Virus record (IMG/VR): IMGVR_UViG_2851982317_000005
Source of the DNA: a virus
Taxonomy: Duplodnaviria; Heunggongvirae; Uroviricota; Caudoviricetes
Direction: 5' to 3' (one strand)
Length of the DNA: 44,895 bases
Part shown: positions 8,514 to 17,509 of the stretch, one piece after another
How the letters are laid out: each line of letters opens with the position of its first letter
How positions within the stretch are numbered: the stretch's first letter is position 1
Made by a program: the position numbers and the translations under genes
The notes under the pieces: generated by a model
Told to the model about the DNA's origin: nothing
The model's database searches: none
What the model saw: the letters and a program-made list of their open reading frames with translations, nothing else

Positions 8514-8632
8514 GTGAAATTAGCTATCAGGCTTCAATTGCCGCTGGCATTCGCATCAAAGGAGAGGAGCATGGAAATAAAACCAGAGGATTAGTTAAGC
8601 AATATCGTTTTATTTCCGATAAAAGAGGATGA
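8510..8632 (+). CDS. Small hypothetical protein (MSEISYQ...), possible 5' part of a frameshifted gene
   Basis: GTG-start 40-codon ORF; N-terminus paralogous to the ORF at 9369 (MSEINYQ); a downstream zinc-ribbon ORF in another frame lacks a start codon. Confidence 0.25.
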   Translation: MSEISYQASIAAGIRIKGEEHGNKTRGLVKQYRFISDKRG

Positions 8633-9020
8633 CCCTCGTAATCAGGTTAATTTTCTTTATGAGCCATCGGAAAGACCATATTGCCATCACGCTTCTGTCC
8701 GGGTTGACGAAAAAGAGCGTCAGGTCCGCTGTAAAATCTGCGGTGCAGTTGTGGAGCCATTTGACTGGATGCTCTCTGTGGCGAAAAGAGAAACCAGACT
8801 GGCAGATGATGTAAGGCTCTTGCGCCAGGAGGAACGGGAAAGGCGAAAAAATACAGAAAAGCTAATTCAGATTGAGCGTAACGGGAAAGCGTGGATACGC
8901 AGGGTGACAAAATCCAAAACTGAATAATTAAATTTAGCACTGTTAAAAATTTAATCCTTAACCGGAGGGATTTCTGCACCCTCAGAACAGCAGGAGGCCA
9001 CCCGAAAGGGCGGTAGTGAA

Positions 9021-9203
9021 ATGCGAAAGTTCAAAATAATTATTGAAACGGGAATGGCTGGTGGAGATTTCGAGGATGAATTCGAAGTGGATGCTGATGC
9101 GACGCCTGATGAAATACATGACGAAGCAAAAGATATTTTCTTTAACTACTGCAATTACTCATATCACGAAATAAAAGACGAAGAGGAAGAGCAAAATGGC
9201 TGA
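9021..9203 (+). CDS. Small acidic hypothetical protein
   Basis: 60-aa ORF in a run of small overlapping nin-like ORFs. Confidence 0.35.
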   Translation: MRKFKIIIETGMAGGDFEDEFEVDADATPDEIHDEAKDIFFNYCNYSYHEIKDEEEEQNG

Positions 9204-9372
9204 TTTTGGTTCAACTAAATACAACGTCAGTTTTGAAAAATGGCATGAACTGTTAATGGACTATGCAGAGTTACGTGGTGGCAGTGCTGCTGATGCTGAA
9301 GCATGGCGTGATGATTATGAAGCAGGAAAAAATCCGGTCGAAGCATATTGTGATGAGTGGGGCGATGAATGA
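9196..9372 (+). CDS. Small hypothetical protein
   Basis: 58-aa ORF MADFGSTKYNVSFEKWHELL..., stop overlaps the next start (ATGA). Confidence 0.35.
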   Translation: MADFGSTKYNVSFEKWHELLMDYAELRGGSAADAEAWRDDYEAGKNPVEAYCDEWGDE

Positions 9373-9656
9373 GCGAGATTAATTATCAGGAAGGGTATGA
9401 AACGGCGGAGCAAGCAAAACCAGTGGCATGGCGATATCGCTACGTGAAAAAAGGCGTTACGGACTTTCAGGAGAAGTAGTGGTCTGTTGACTGGAAATAT
9501 GTACCGAAAAAAGAGGATTGTAACGACAGGCCGAACTATCAAATTCAGGCCTTATTCACTGCCTCACCAGCCCTGGTTACATCAGAAGAACTGGTTAAAG
9601 CTGTGCACTTTTATGAACAACTAAAACGCGAAAATCCACCAACATCCGGCAACTAG
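9369..9656 (+). pseudogene. Small nin-region ORF interrupted by an in-frame amber (TAG) codon at 9477-9479
   Basis: Codon-by-codon reading: MSEINYQ...DFQEK-TAG-WSVDWKYVPKKED...PPTSGN continues in the same frame for 59 more codons. Confidence 0.4.
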
Positions 9657-9867
9657 ATTAATGGGTTAACTATGTCGGTTAAACGACCAGCCAACTGAAA
9701 AAGCGGAAACCTGATTATAGGTTGCCAGATAAGGCAATAAGCTACCTGGCGCGGAACGGACTGATAAGTATGGGGAGTGTTTTACGATGAACCTTTAGAC
9801 TAAAGAGTTTGTAAGTAACCGGCTCATTTAAACCGTCTGGTCTGTTTCCTCCGGCTCTACAAAAATA

Positions 9868-10545
9868 ATGTCCATCATTTTTAATGGACACTATCGTATG
9901 AAACACCGGACCTGGATCACTGAAGCTTTACGTCTTCACTTTGAAGAACATTTACCCCGGGTTGTGGCCGGGCGTCGCCTGGGTGTACCAAAATCAACAG
10001 TTTGTAGTATGTTCGTGCGCTTTCGGAGAGCTGGCCTTTCGTGGCCTTTGCCCGCAGGCATGTCGGAGCAGGAACTTGATGCCTGCCTTTACGGACAATT
10101 TTCCACGGTACCAGTCGTACGTCCTGAAAGCACCGTTATATCCGAAGCCCCCGTGGTAAAAAAACGTCCCCGGCGGCCCAACTTCCCTTATGAGTTTAAA
10201 ATCGCCTTAGTGGAGCAGTCACTGCAGCCCGGAGCCTGTGTGGCGCAGATCGCCCGGGAAAACGGAATCAACGATAACCTGCTCTTCAACTGGCGCCATC
10301 AATACCGGAAAGGTGGCCTGCTGCCTTCCGGAAAAAATATGCCGGCACTGCTTCCCGTGACGTTAACGCCGGAGCCGGATAATAAAATCCCGGCCCCCGC
10401 ACAGGAACCAGAGCAGATAAATACACCGTCCGACAGTCTGTGTTGTGAGCTGGTTCTGCCGGCCGGAACTCTCAGGCTTAAAGGTAAACTGACGCCGGCG
10501 TTATTACAGACACTTATCCGCGAAATAAAAGGGAGCAGCCACTGA
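9868..10545 (+). CDS. tnpA: IS66-family accessory protein TnpA (orfA)
   Basis: Contains the conserved YEFKIALVEQSLQPGACVAQIARENGINDNLLFNWRHQY HTH region; ORF start may be N-terminally extended. Confidence 0.75.
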   Translation: MSIIFNGHYRMKHRTWITEALRLHFEEHLPRVVAGRRLGVPKSTVCSMFVRFRRAGLSWPLPAGMSEQELDACLYGQFSTVPVVRPESTVISEAPVVKKRPRRPNFPYEFKIALVEQSLQPGACVAQIARENGINDNLLFNWRHQYRKGGLLPSGKNMPALLPVTLTPEPDNKIPAPAQEPEQINTPSDSLCCELVLPAGTLRLKGKLTPALLQTLIREIKGSSH

Positions 10546-10892
10546 TGATATCTCTCCCTGCAGGTTCGCGTATCTGGCTGGTTGCAGGTATCACCGATAT
10601 GCGAAATGGCTTTAACGGCCTGGCATCAAAAGTTCAGAACGTCCTGAAGGATGACCCGTTCTCCGGACACCTGTTCATCTTCCGCGGACGCCGGGGTGAC
10701 CAGATAAAAGTGTTGTGGGCTGACAGTGACGGACTGTGCCTCTTCACCAAACGCCTGGAGCGGGGCCGCTTCGTCTGGCCAGTCACCCGTGACGGCAAGG
10801 TGCACCTTACTCCGGCTCAGTTATCCATGCTTCTTGAAGGTATCAACTGGAAGCACCCGAAACGAACGGAACGCGCTGGAATCCGCATATAA
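10545..10892 (+). CDS. tnpB: IS66-family TnpB (orfB)
   Basis: 115-aa ORF MISLPAGSRIWLVAGITDMRNGFNGL... typical IS66 Orf2; overlaps orfA stop. Confidence 0.85.
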   Translation: MISLPAGSRIWLVAGITDMRNGFNGLASKVQNVLKDDPFSGHLFIFRGRRGDQIKVLWADSDGLCLFTKRLERGRFVWPVTRDGKVHLTPAQLSMLLEGINWKHPKRTERAGIRI

Positions 10893-10911
10893 CCCGTTGT
10901 AAAGTGAGGAT

Positions 10912-12483
10912 ATGGACACCTCACTTGCTCATGAGAACGCCCGCCTGCGGGCACTGTTGCAGACGCAACAGGACACCATACGCCAGATGGCTGAATACAA
11001 CCGCCTGCTCTCACAGCGGGTGGCGGCTTATGCTTCTGAAATCAACCGGCTGAAGGCGCTGGTTGCGAAACTGCAGCGTATGCAGTTCGGTAAAAGCTCA
11101 GAAAAACTTCGTGCAAAAACCGAACGGCAGATACAGGAAGCACAGGAGCGAATCAGCGCACTTCAGGAAGAAATGGCGGAAACGCTGGGTGAGCAATATG
11201 ACCCGGTACTGCCATCCGCCCTGCGCCAGTCTTCAGCCCGTAAACCGTTACCGGCCTCACTTCCCCGTGAAACCCGGGTTATCCGGCCGGAAGAGGAATG
11301 CTGTCCTGCCTGTGGTGGTGAACTCAGTTCTCTGGGATGTGATGTGTCAGAGCAACTGGAGCTTATCAGCAGCGCCTTTAAGGTTATTGAAACACAACGT
11401 CCGAAACAGGCCTGTTGCCGGTGCGACCATATCGTGCAGGCACCAGTACCTTCAAAACCCATTGCACGCAGTTATGCCGGAGCGGGGCTTCTGGCCCATG
11501 TTGTCACCGGGAAATATGCAGACCATCTGCCGTTATACCGCCAGTCAGAAATATACCGTCGTCAGGGAGTGGAGCTGAGCCGTGCCACACTGGGGCGCTG
11601 GACAGGTGCTGTTGCTGAACTGCTGGAGCCGCTGTATGACGTCCTGCGCCAGTATGTGCTGATGCCCGGTAAAGTCCATGCTGATGATATCCCCGTCCCG
11701 GTCCAGGAGCCGGGCAGCGGTAAAACCCGGACAGCCCGGCTGTGGGTCTACGTCCGTGATGACCGTAACGCCGGTTCACAGATGCCCCCGGCGGTCTGGT
11801 TCGCGTACAGTCCGGACCGGAAAGGTATCCATCCACAAAATCACCTGGCCGGTTACAGCGGTGTGCTTCAGGCCGATGCTTACGGTGGTTACCGGGCGTT
11901 ATACGAATCCGGCAGAATAACGGAAGCCGCGTGTATGGCTCATGCCCGGAGAAAAATCCACGATGTGCATGCAAGAGCGCCCACCTACATCACCACGGAA
12001 GCCCTGCAGCGTATCGGTGAACTGTATGCCATCGAGGCAGAGGTCCGGGGCTGTTCAGCAGAACAGCGTCTGGCGGCAAGAAAAGCCAGAGCCGCGCCAC
12101 TGATGCAGTCACTGTATGACTGGATACAGCAACAGATGAAAACACTGTCGCGTCACTCAGATACGGCAAAAGCGTTCGCATACCTGCTGAAACAGTGGGA
12201 TGCACTGAACGTGTACTGCAGTAATGGCTGGGTGGAAATCGACAACAACATCGCAGAGAACGCCTTACGGGGAGTGGCCGTAGGCCGGAAAAACTGGATG
12301 TTCGCGGGTTCCGACAGCGGTGGTGAACATGCGGCGGTGTTGTACTCGCTGATCGGCACATGCCGTCTGAACAATGTGGAGCCAGAAAAGTGGCTGCGTT
12401 ACGTCATTGAACATATCCAGGACTGGCCGGCAAACCGGGTACGCGATCTGTTGCCCTGGAAAGTTGATCTGAGCTCTCAGTAA
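10912..12483 (+). CDS. tnpC: IS66-family transposase (orfC)
   Basis: 523-aa ORF with N-terminal coiled-coil/leucine zipper, CxxC zinc-finger region and DDE-type core typical of IS66 transposases. Confidence 0.85.
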   Translation: MDTSLAHENARLRALLQTQQDTIRQMAEYNRLLSQRVAAYASEINRLKALVAKLQRMQFGKSSEKLRAKTERQIQEAQERISALQEEMAETLGEQYDPVLPSALRQSSARKPLPASLPRETRVIRPEEECCPACGGELSSLGCDVSEQLELISSAFKVIETQRPKQACCRCDHIVQAPVPSKPIARSYAGAGLLAHVVTGKYADHLPLYRQSEIYRRQGVELSRATLGRWTGAVAELLEPLYDVLRQYVLMPGKVHADDIPVPVQEPGSGKTRTARLWVYVRDDRNAGSQMPPAVWFAYSPDRKGIHPQNHLAGYSGVLQADAYGGYRALYESGRITEAACMAHARRKIHDVHARAPTYITTEALQRIGELYAIEAEVRGCSAEQRLAARKARAAPLMQSLYDWIQQQMKTLSRHSDTAKAFAYLLKQWDALNVYCSNGWVEIDNNIAENALRGVAVGRKNWMFAGSDSGGEHAAVLYSLIGTCRLNNVEPEKWLRYVIEHIQDWPANRVRDLLPWKVDLSSQ

Positions 12484-12617
12484 ATATCAATACGGTTCTG
12501 ACGAGTCGCTTACGTTTGTAACGCTATGTAAGTGATTTTTTCTAGTTTAGATATTTATATGTCCGGCCAAATTGAGGTGTGTTTAAATGTAATTGCACAT
12601 TGATTGTAGGAGGAATA

Positions 12618-12797
12618 ATGAAAAACGCATTGCAGTTTTTGTTTGTTGCGTTCTGGTTGTTCGTATCATGTATGCCCATCATCTTCACAGCAAGGTATAT
12701 GGAAAAAGTTGATGTTTTGATATTAATATTTGGATATATAAATGCCCTTTTTTTAGGGGTGTTCATGGCGGTCATGTGCATTGAATACTGGCGGTAA
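12618..12797 (+). CDS. Small hydrophobic membrane protein (59 aa, two predicted TM segments)
   Basis: AGGAGG ribosome-binding site 6 nt upstream of ATG; product MKNALQFLFVAFWLFVSCMPIIF...LFLGVFMAVMCIEYWR. Confidence 0.45.
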   Translation: MKNALQFLFVAFWLFVSCMPIIFTARYMEKVDVLILIFGYINALFLGVFMAVMCIEYWR

Positions 12798-12998
12798 ATA
12801 CAGCGAACTCCATTGGTTTAGTTGGATATTTATTGTGCTGGACAAAAACGGTTTGCGGGGAAATCTTAGTTAAGTAGAATGACTGCGGGTGCTTGAGGCT
12901 ATCTGCCTCGGGCATGAACACCAACGGCAGATAGAGAAAAGCCCCAGGTAACATTACGCGTCCTGCAAGACGTTTAACATTAATCTGAGGCCATATCT

Positions 12999-13058
12999 AT
13001 GCGACACATAGAGATTAGCCTCTTACGGACCGAAAGGTCAAGGAGAAGCAGGCTATGA
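12999..13058 (+). CDS. mok: mok-like leader ORF translationally coupled to hok
   Basis: 19-codon ORF whose TGA stop overlaps the hok ATG (ATGA); inverted repeats in the leader. Confidence 0.35.
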   Translation: MRHIEISLLRTERSRRSRL

Positions 13059-13210
13059 AGCAGCAAAAGGCGATGTTAATCGCCCTGATCGTCATCTGTT
13101 TAACCGTCATAGTGACGGCACTGGTAACGAGGAAAGACCTCTGCGAGGTACGAATCCGAACCGGCCAGACGGAGGTCGCTGTCTTCACAGTCTACGAACC
13201 TGAGGAGTAA
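13055..13210 (+). CDS. hok: Hok/Gef-family type I toxin (HokD/RelF-like)
   Basis: 51-aa product MKQQKAMLIALIVICLTVIVTALVTRKDLCEVRIRTGQTEVAVFTAYEPEE, manually translated; downstream hairpin plus U-run at 13279-13304. Confidence 0.85.
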   Translation: MKQQKAMLIALIVICLTVIVTALVTRKDLCEVRIRTGQTEVAVFTVYEPEE

Positions 13211-13557
13211 GAGACTTGGCGAGGGAGAAATCCCTCGCCACCTCTGATGTGTCAGGCATCCTCAATGCACCCGCACTTAACCCGCTTCGGCGGGTTTATT
13301 TTATCTGTAAATATTTTTATAAAAATAATGCCCACACACAGCATAAAACAAAAAGTATCACAGATAAAAAAGGAGCGTAATGTGCAGATTTGTTGTTTTC
13401 CATATTTACTCACTTTAACATAATCAATATTGATATGGTTGTTGTTTCGGTGGTTTCAAACGAGATGTTATGGTGATCTGGTAAAATTGCATAACATTAA
13501 AATTTAATTTATCTAATCGCTTTTAATAATAAGCGTTGTGTTTATCCCAACAATCTG

Positions 13558-13947
13558 TTGTTTGACTTTTATTCCATTAATGTAGGGGCTTTACACTGGA
13601 ACCAGTTTATTTATACTTTATACGCCAGCCTGAACAACTGGCACCTGCTGCGCCAGCAGAGACAACCGATGGCGCACGATACCAAATTACACAATTCTGA
13701 TGATTCTGCCGTCTTTGCCAGCAGGTGCGGACGGCGTTTTCATGCATTCAAATCGGACTGGTTCCAGCATCCACCATGCACTGAAGAGCAGGCTGAATGG
13801 ATAATTCAGTGTTACCGCAGGCGCGGATACGAGGTTAAAAAAGCCCTTAGCCTCGACTACCGTCACTGGATAATCTCAGTCAGATTGCCTTACTCCGAAC
13901 GCCCGCCGCGTCCGTCCCACACATTCCAGCAACGCATCTGGAGGTAA
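13558..13947 (+). CDS. Hypothetical protein, Rem-like by position; true start probably internal
   Basis: ORF between hok and the ydfU-like gene, the order seen in Qin (hokD-rem-ydfU). Confidence 0.4.
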   Translation: MFDFYSINVGALHWNQFIYTLYASLNNWHLLRQQRQPMAHDTKLHNSDDSAVFASRCGRRFHAFKSDWFQHPPCTEEQAEWIIQCYRRRGYEVKKALSLDYRHWIISVRLPYSERPPRPSHTFQQRIWR

Positions 13948-13948
13948 C

Positions 13949-14997
13949 GTGCGGGTATTACTTCGACCTGTTCTGGTACCGGAACTCGGGCTGGTGATCG
14001 TTAAGCCGGGCCGTGAATCCATGCCGGTATTCCACAATACCCGGTTACTGGTGGAGCCGGAACCGAAAAGCATGCGTAATCTGCCGTCCGGGGTCGTTCC
14101 TGCCGCTCGCCAGCCGCTGGTGGAAGACAAAACATTGCTGCCGTTTTTCAGTAACGCACGGGTGATTCGTGCTGCTGGTGGTGCTGGTGCATTGTCTGAC
14201 TGGCTGTTGCGCCATATTAAATCCTGCCAGTGGCCACACGGCGATTATCATCACAGCGAAACCGTCATTCACCGTTATGGTACCGGCGCAATGGTGTTGT
14301 GCTGGCACTGCGACAACCAGCTGCGTGACCAGACATCCGAATCACTCGAGCAACTTGCTCATCAAAACCTGTCAGCATGGATGATTGACGTCATCGGTCA
14401 CGCAATAAGCGGTACGCAGGAGCGTGAATTATCTCTGGCTGAATTATCCTGGTGGGCGGTCCGCAATCAGGTGGCGGACGCGCTACCGGAAGCGGTATTA
14501 CGTCGTTCGCTGGGGTTGCGTGCGGAAAAATCCGCTCAATGTACCGTGAAAGCGACATCGTACCGGGAGAGCAGACCGCCACCAGCATACTGAAACAGCG
14601 CACAAAAAATCTTGCGCCGCTGCCTCACGCCCACCAGCAACAGAACCCACCACAGGAAAAGACGGTGGTCAGCATTGCCGTTGATCCTGAGTCTCCGGAA
14701 TCTTTTATGAAACGACCTAAACGTCGCCGCTGGGTTAACGAGAAATACACACGCTGGGTGAAGACACAGCCGTGTGCGTGTTGTGGTAAGCCAGCCGACG
14801 ATCCCCATCACCTGATTGGTCATGGTCAGGGCGGAATGGGGACAAAATCTCACGATATTTTCACGCTACCGCTGTGTCGGGAGCATCACAACGAGCTTCA
14901 TGCGGATCCGCTGGCGTTCGAAGAAAAGCATGGTTCTCAGGTTGATTTAATTTTTCGTTTTCTTGATCACGCCTTTGCAACTGGCGTGCTTGGGTAA
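13949..14997 (+). pseudogene. YdfU-like (DUF968-type, HNH-like zinc finger) gene split by a frameshift near 14515-14535
   Basis: Two overlapping ORFs in different frames (13949-14593 and 14452-14997) jointly span 1049 nt, about one 349-codon gene minus one base; C-terminal part has CxxC...HH motifs; A5 run at the junction. Confidence 0.5.
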
Positions 14998-15009
14998 AAG
15001 AGGTGACTG

Positions 15010-15366
15010 ATGCTCATAGATTTGGTTTTACCTTACCCGCCGACGGTGAACACTTACTGGCGACGCCGTGGCAGCACATATTTTATCTCGGAGGAGGGAA
15101 AGCGTTATCGCCGGGCCGTGGCGCTTATTGTTCGCCAGCAGCGGCTGAAATTAAGCCTGTCCGGAAGGCTGGCGATAAAGGTGATTGCAGAGCCACCGGA
15201 TAAGCGTCGTCGCGACCTGGACAATATCCTGAAAGCACCGCTGGATGCGCTGACGCATGCGGGAGTGTTAATGGACGATGAGCAGTTTGATGAAATCAAT
15301 ATCGTTCGTGGTCAGCCAGTATCTGGTGGACGTCTGGGGGTGAAGATTTACCCCATAATGCATTAA
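15010..15366 (+). CDS. rusA: Holliday junction resolvase RusA
   Basis: 118-aa product with RusA hallmarks (YPPTVNTYWRRRG..., DKRRRDLDNILKAPLDALTHAGV...DDEQ). Confidence 0.85.
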   Translation: MLIDLVLPYPPTVNTYWRRRGSTYFISEEGKRYRRAVALIVRQQRLKLSLSGRLAIKVIAEPPDKRRRDLDNILKAPLDALTHAGVLMDDEQFDEINIVRGQPVSGGRLGVKIYPIMH

Positions 15367-15380
15367 GAGCAGGTCAAAAA

Positions 15381-16202
15381 ATGAAACTGGAAGATTTACC
15401 GAAATACTACTCCCCAAAATCCCCTGGCCTGACCGATGCATCGGCCTCAACGTCAAAAGATGCGCTGAGTATCACTGATGTGATGGCCGCGCAGGGCATG
15501 ACACAGAATCGGGCTGAGATGGGTTTTTCTGCGTTCCTGGGGAAAATGGGCATCAGTATGAATGACAGGGCGCGGGCAACAGAATTACTGGCAGATTATG
15601 CACTCAGTCGGTGCGATCGTGTGGCGGCGTTGAGAAAACTTCCGGCAGAAATAAAACCGGTAGTGATGCGCATTATGGCTTCGTACGCTTTTGAGGATTA
15701 TGCCCGTAGCGCAGCGAGTAAAAAGCAGTGCCCTTGTTGCTATGGGGAAAAATTTATTGAAAGCGTAGTTTTTACAAACAAGGTCCAGTATCCGGATGGT
15801 AAGCCGCCGGTATGGGCAAAGTGTACGAAAGGTGTGTATTCGTCTTACTGGGAAGAATGGAAAAAAGTCAGGGAGGTGGTAAAAGTTGCCTGTCCGGAGT
15901 GTGGCGGAAAGGGTGAGGTTTCCACCGCCTGTAAGGATTGCCGTGGGCGTGGTGTCGCCATTCATCGTGAAGAGTCGGTAAAACGTGGTATGCCTGTTAT
16001 CAGAGACTGCCAGCGTTGTGGTGGTCGTGGCTATGAAAGACTACCATCAACGGAGGCATTTAATGCTATATGCGAGGTGACAAACCAGATAACACGCGCG
16101 TCATGGGAAAAAACAGTTAAGAAATTCTATGATGCGCTGGTGACCCGGTTTGATATTGAAGAAGCATGGGCTGAGCGGCAGTTAAAAAAGGTAACTAGGT
16201 AA
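15381..16202 (+). CDS. Late-gene antiterminator Q-like protein
   Basis: 273-aa ORF with repeated CxxCxGxG zinc-finger motifs, immediately upstream of a promoter-like sequence, a short-transcript terminator, tRNAs and the lysis cassette. Confidence 0.6.
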   Translation: MKLEDLPKYYSPKSPGLTDASASTSKDALSITDVMAAQGMTQNRAEMGFSAFLGKMGISMNDRARATELLADYALSRCDRVAALRKLPAEIKPVVMRIMASYAFEDYARSAASKKQCPCCYGEKFIESVVFTNKVQYPDGKPPVWAKCTKGVYSSYWEEWKKVREVVKVACPECGGKGEVSTACKDCRGRGVAIHREESVKRGMPVIRDCQRCGGRGYERLPSTEAFNAICEVTNQITRASWEKTVKKFYDALVTRFDIEEAWAERQLKKVTR

Positions 16203-16212
16203 CAAGGTTGAT

Positions 16213-16246
16213 TTTTCCGGAATCTGTGGTAAATTCGTCATAACAA
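16213..16246 (+). promoter_or_regulatory. Candidate late promoter PR' (TTGATT ... TAAATT) with expected qut region
   Basis: Promoter-like hexamers directly downstream of the Q-like gene and upstream of a terminator. Confidence 0.35.
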
Positions 16247-16284
16247 TGGGCTTTTTATGCCTGACGTTAGAAGAGTTTCTACAA

Positions 16285-16308
16285 CCCGCCGCCGAGCGGG
16301 TTTTTTAT
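16285..16308 (+). terminator. Rho-independent terminator (tR'-like)
   Basis: GC hairpin cccgccgccgagcggg followed by TTTTTT. Confidence 0.6.
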
Positions 16309-16345
16309 TGCGGAATTAATTACGGACCGTTATTATTCTGCTCCC

Positions 16346-16421
16346 GGCCCTTTAGCTCAGTGGTGAGAGCGAGCGACTCATAATCGCCAGGTCGCTGGTT
16401 CAAATCCAGCAAGGGCCACCA
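16346..16421 (+). tRNA. ileZ: tRNA with CAU anticodon, ileX/ileZ-like (tRNA-Ile2)
   Basis: Manual cloverleaf: acceptor GGCCCTT/AAGGGCC, anticodon loop CTCATAA, T-loop TTCAAAT, encoded CCA; closely resembles recalled E. coli ileX. Confidence 0.75.
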
Positions 16422-16428
16422 TCACAAA

Positions 16429-16504
16429 CCGCCATTAGCTTATCAGGAAGAGCAGACGACACGATAACAGGGTTGTTGGTGCGGGGGCGGGTCCCCGATG
16501 GCGG
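16429..16504 (+). other. Degenerate tRNA-like remnant (possible pseudo-tRNA)
   Basis: 76-nt segment with complementary acceptor arms CCGCCAT/ATGGCGG and a GC T-arm, but no canonical D or anticodon arm. Confidence 0.3.
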
Positions 16505-16521
16505 TCCATTATCGGTATTCA

Positions 16522-16595
16522 GCGTTGTTAGCTCAGCCGGACAGAGCAATTGCCTTCTAAGCAATCGGTCACTGGTTCGAATCCAGTACAGCGCG
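16522..16595 (+). tRNA. argO: tRNA-Arg (UCU anticodon)
   Basis: Manual cloverleaf: acceptor GCGTTGT/ACAGCGC (one G-U), anticodon stem ATTGC/GCAAT, loop CTTCTAA, T-loop TTCGAAT. Confidence 0.75.
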
Positions 16596-16708
16596 CTATA
16601 TTCATTCTTCCAGATTCCTTCCGGCAGAGCCTTATACTGAAATATACCTGGCTCAGGATATTGTTGAAAATATTTTATGTTTGTCAAAAATAAAAGTTCT
16701 GTTAAGTA

Positions 16709-17062
16709 TTGATTGAGTGTTTGTTATACGGTCTAATGGTTTTTTCAGCATTAAATATTTATCATTCATATGGTGTGGGTAGAGTGAATATTGATGAGGC
16801 GTCGGGGTGTTTCATCCTTAGGCAGCGTATTGATATAGTCAATGCAGGACGAGCAAAGGCCTTCAGCCGTTTGACAGTTTTGTTCTGTACTCCTGATCGT
16901 CTTTCGGGAAGAGACGTTATTATTCTGAATAGTGATGCTATACAGAGGGTTTGCGATGAGTTCATGGTTGCTAATTCAGAATTATTTGCTCTTGTTCAGG
17001 AGTACAACAGAATAGCCAGGACCTGTGGTATGGATGAACTTCGGATTACTCATCTGGGGTAG
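16709..17062 (+). CDS. Hypothetical moron protein of unknown function
   Basis: 117-aa ORF (TTG start in the ORF track; real start may be ATG 16736 or later); AT-rich sequence unlike the flanking phage genes. Confidence 0.35.
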   Translation: MIECLLYGLMVFSALNIYHSYGVGRVNIDEASGCFILRQRIDIVNAGRAKAFSRLTVLFCTPDRLSGRDVIILNSDAIQRVCDEFMVANSELFALVQEYNRIARTCGMDELRITHLG

Positions 17063-17142
17063 ATACATATCTGGATTATCACTTGTTACGGTAAAAAGTG
17101 ATTGCTTACTGTTTTTGTGAGTGGCATTGCAGCAGCCGGATA

Positions 17143-17229
17143 ATGTCAGTGCTGGCTGACGGTGTACTGGTGGCGGGTGTGGTGGTTGTTGCTTTCCCGT
17201 TGCTGAAAAAGAAAACGCCAGACTGTTAG
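17143..17229 (+). CDS. Possible 28-aa hydrophobic peptide with C-terminal KKK
   Basis: Manual translation MSVLADGVLVAGVVVVAFPLLKKKTPDC; resembles small membrane/type I toxin-like peptides; no clear ribosome-binding site. Confidence 0.2.
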   Translation: MSVLADGVLVAGVVVVAFPLLKKKTPDC

Positions 17230-17454
17230 CCGGGTATCAGTTAGCGGGAGAAATTTTTAAATACTTCACAATTCAGGCGGTTGACTGTTGTCTGGTTTGC
17301 GGGGAGTTTGTTAAAAGAAACTGGCATGGTGAATCCCCCTGTGCGGAGGGGCAATCAGCGAGTAGGTATATGGGATAATCGCGGATTCAGGTGCTGGTAC
17401 TGAATTCACCGGGAGGCACCCGGCACCATGCAATGGCACATAGCGCCACTCTCC

Positions 17455-17490
17455 AGCCCCTCTCCGGAGGGGCTGTTTATATTGATTTTG
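17455..17490 (+). terminator. Hairpin terminator between convergent moron genes
   Basis: agcccctctccggaggggct followed by gtttatattgatttt. Confidence 0.45.
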
Positions 17491-17509
17491 TCAGATGTGA
17501 GTAAACTCC

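Larger units (their letters stand above)
9811..12513 (+). mobile_element. IS66-family insertion sequence with three ORFs
   Basis: Three co-directional ORFs typical of IS66; ends GTAAGTAACC... and ...CGCTTAC resemble IS66 GTAAGCG-type imperfect terminal inverted repeats; exact ends and target duplication not resolved. Confidence 0.8.

Noticed and set aside
11504-11974. 156-aa minus-strand ORF and other ORFs inside the IS66 element
   Set aside because: Overlap the IS66 transposase gene in antisense or alternative frames
12542-12954. relBE-like toxin-antitoxin genes upstream of hok
   Set aside because: ORFs of 60-79 aa in this interval are antisense or junk-like (stop-adjacent, AT-rich, no ribosome-binding sites); none resembles RelB or RelE
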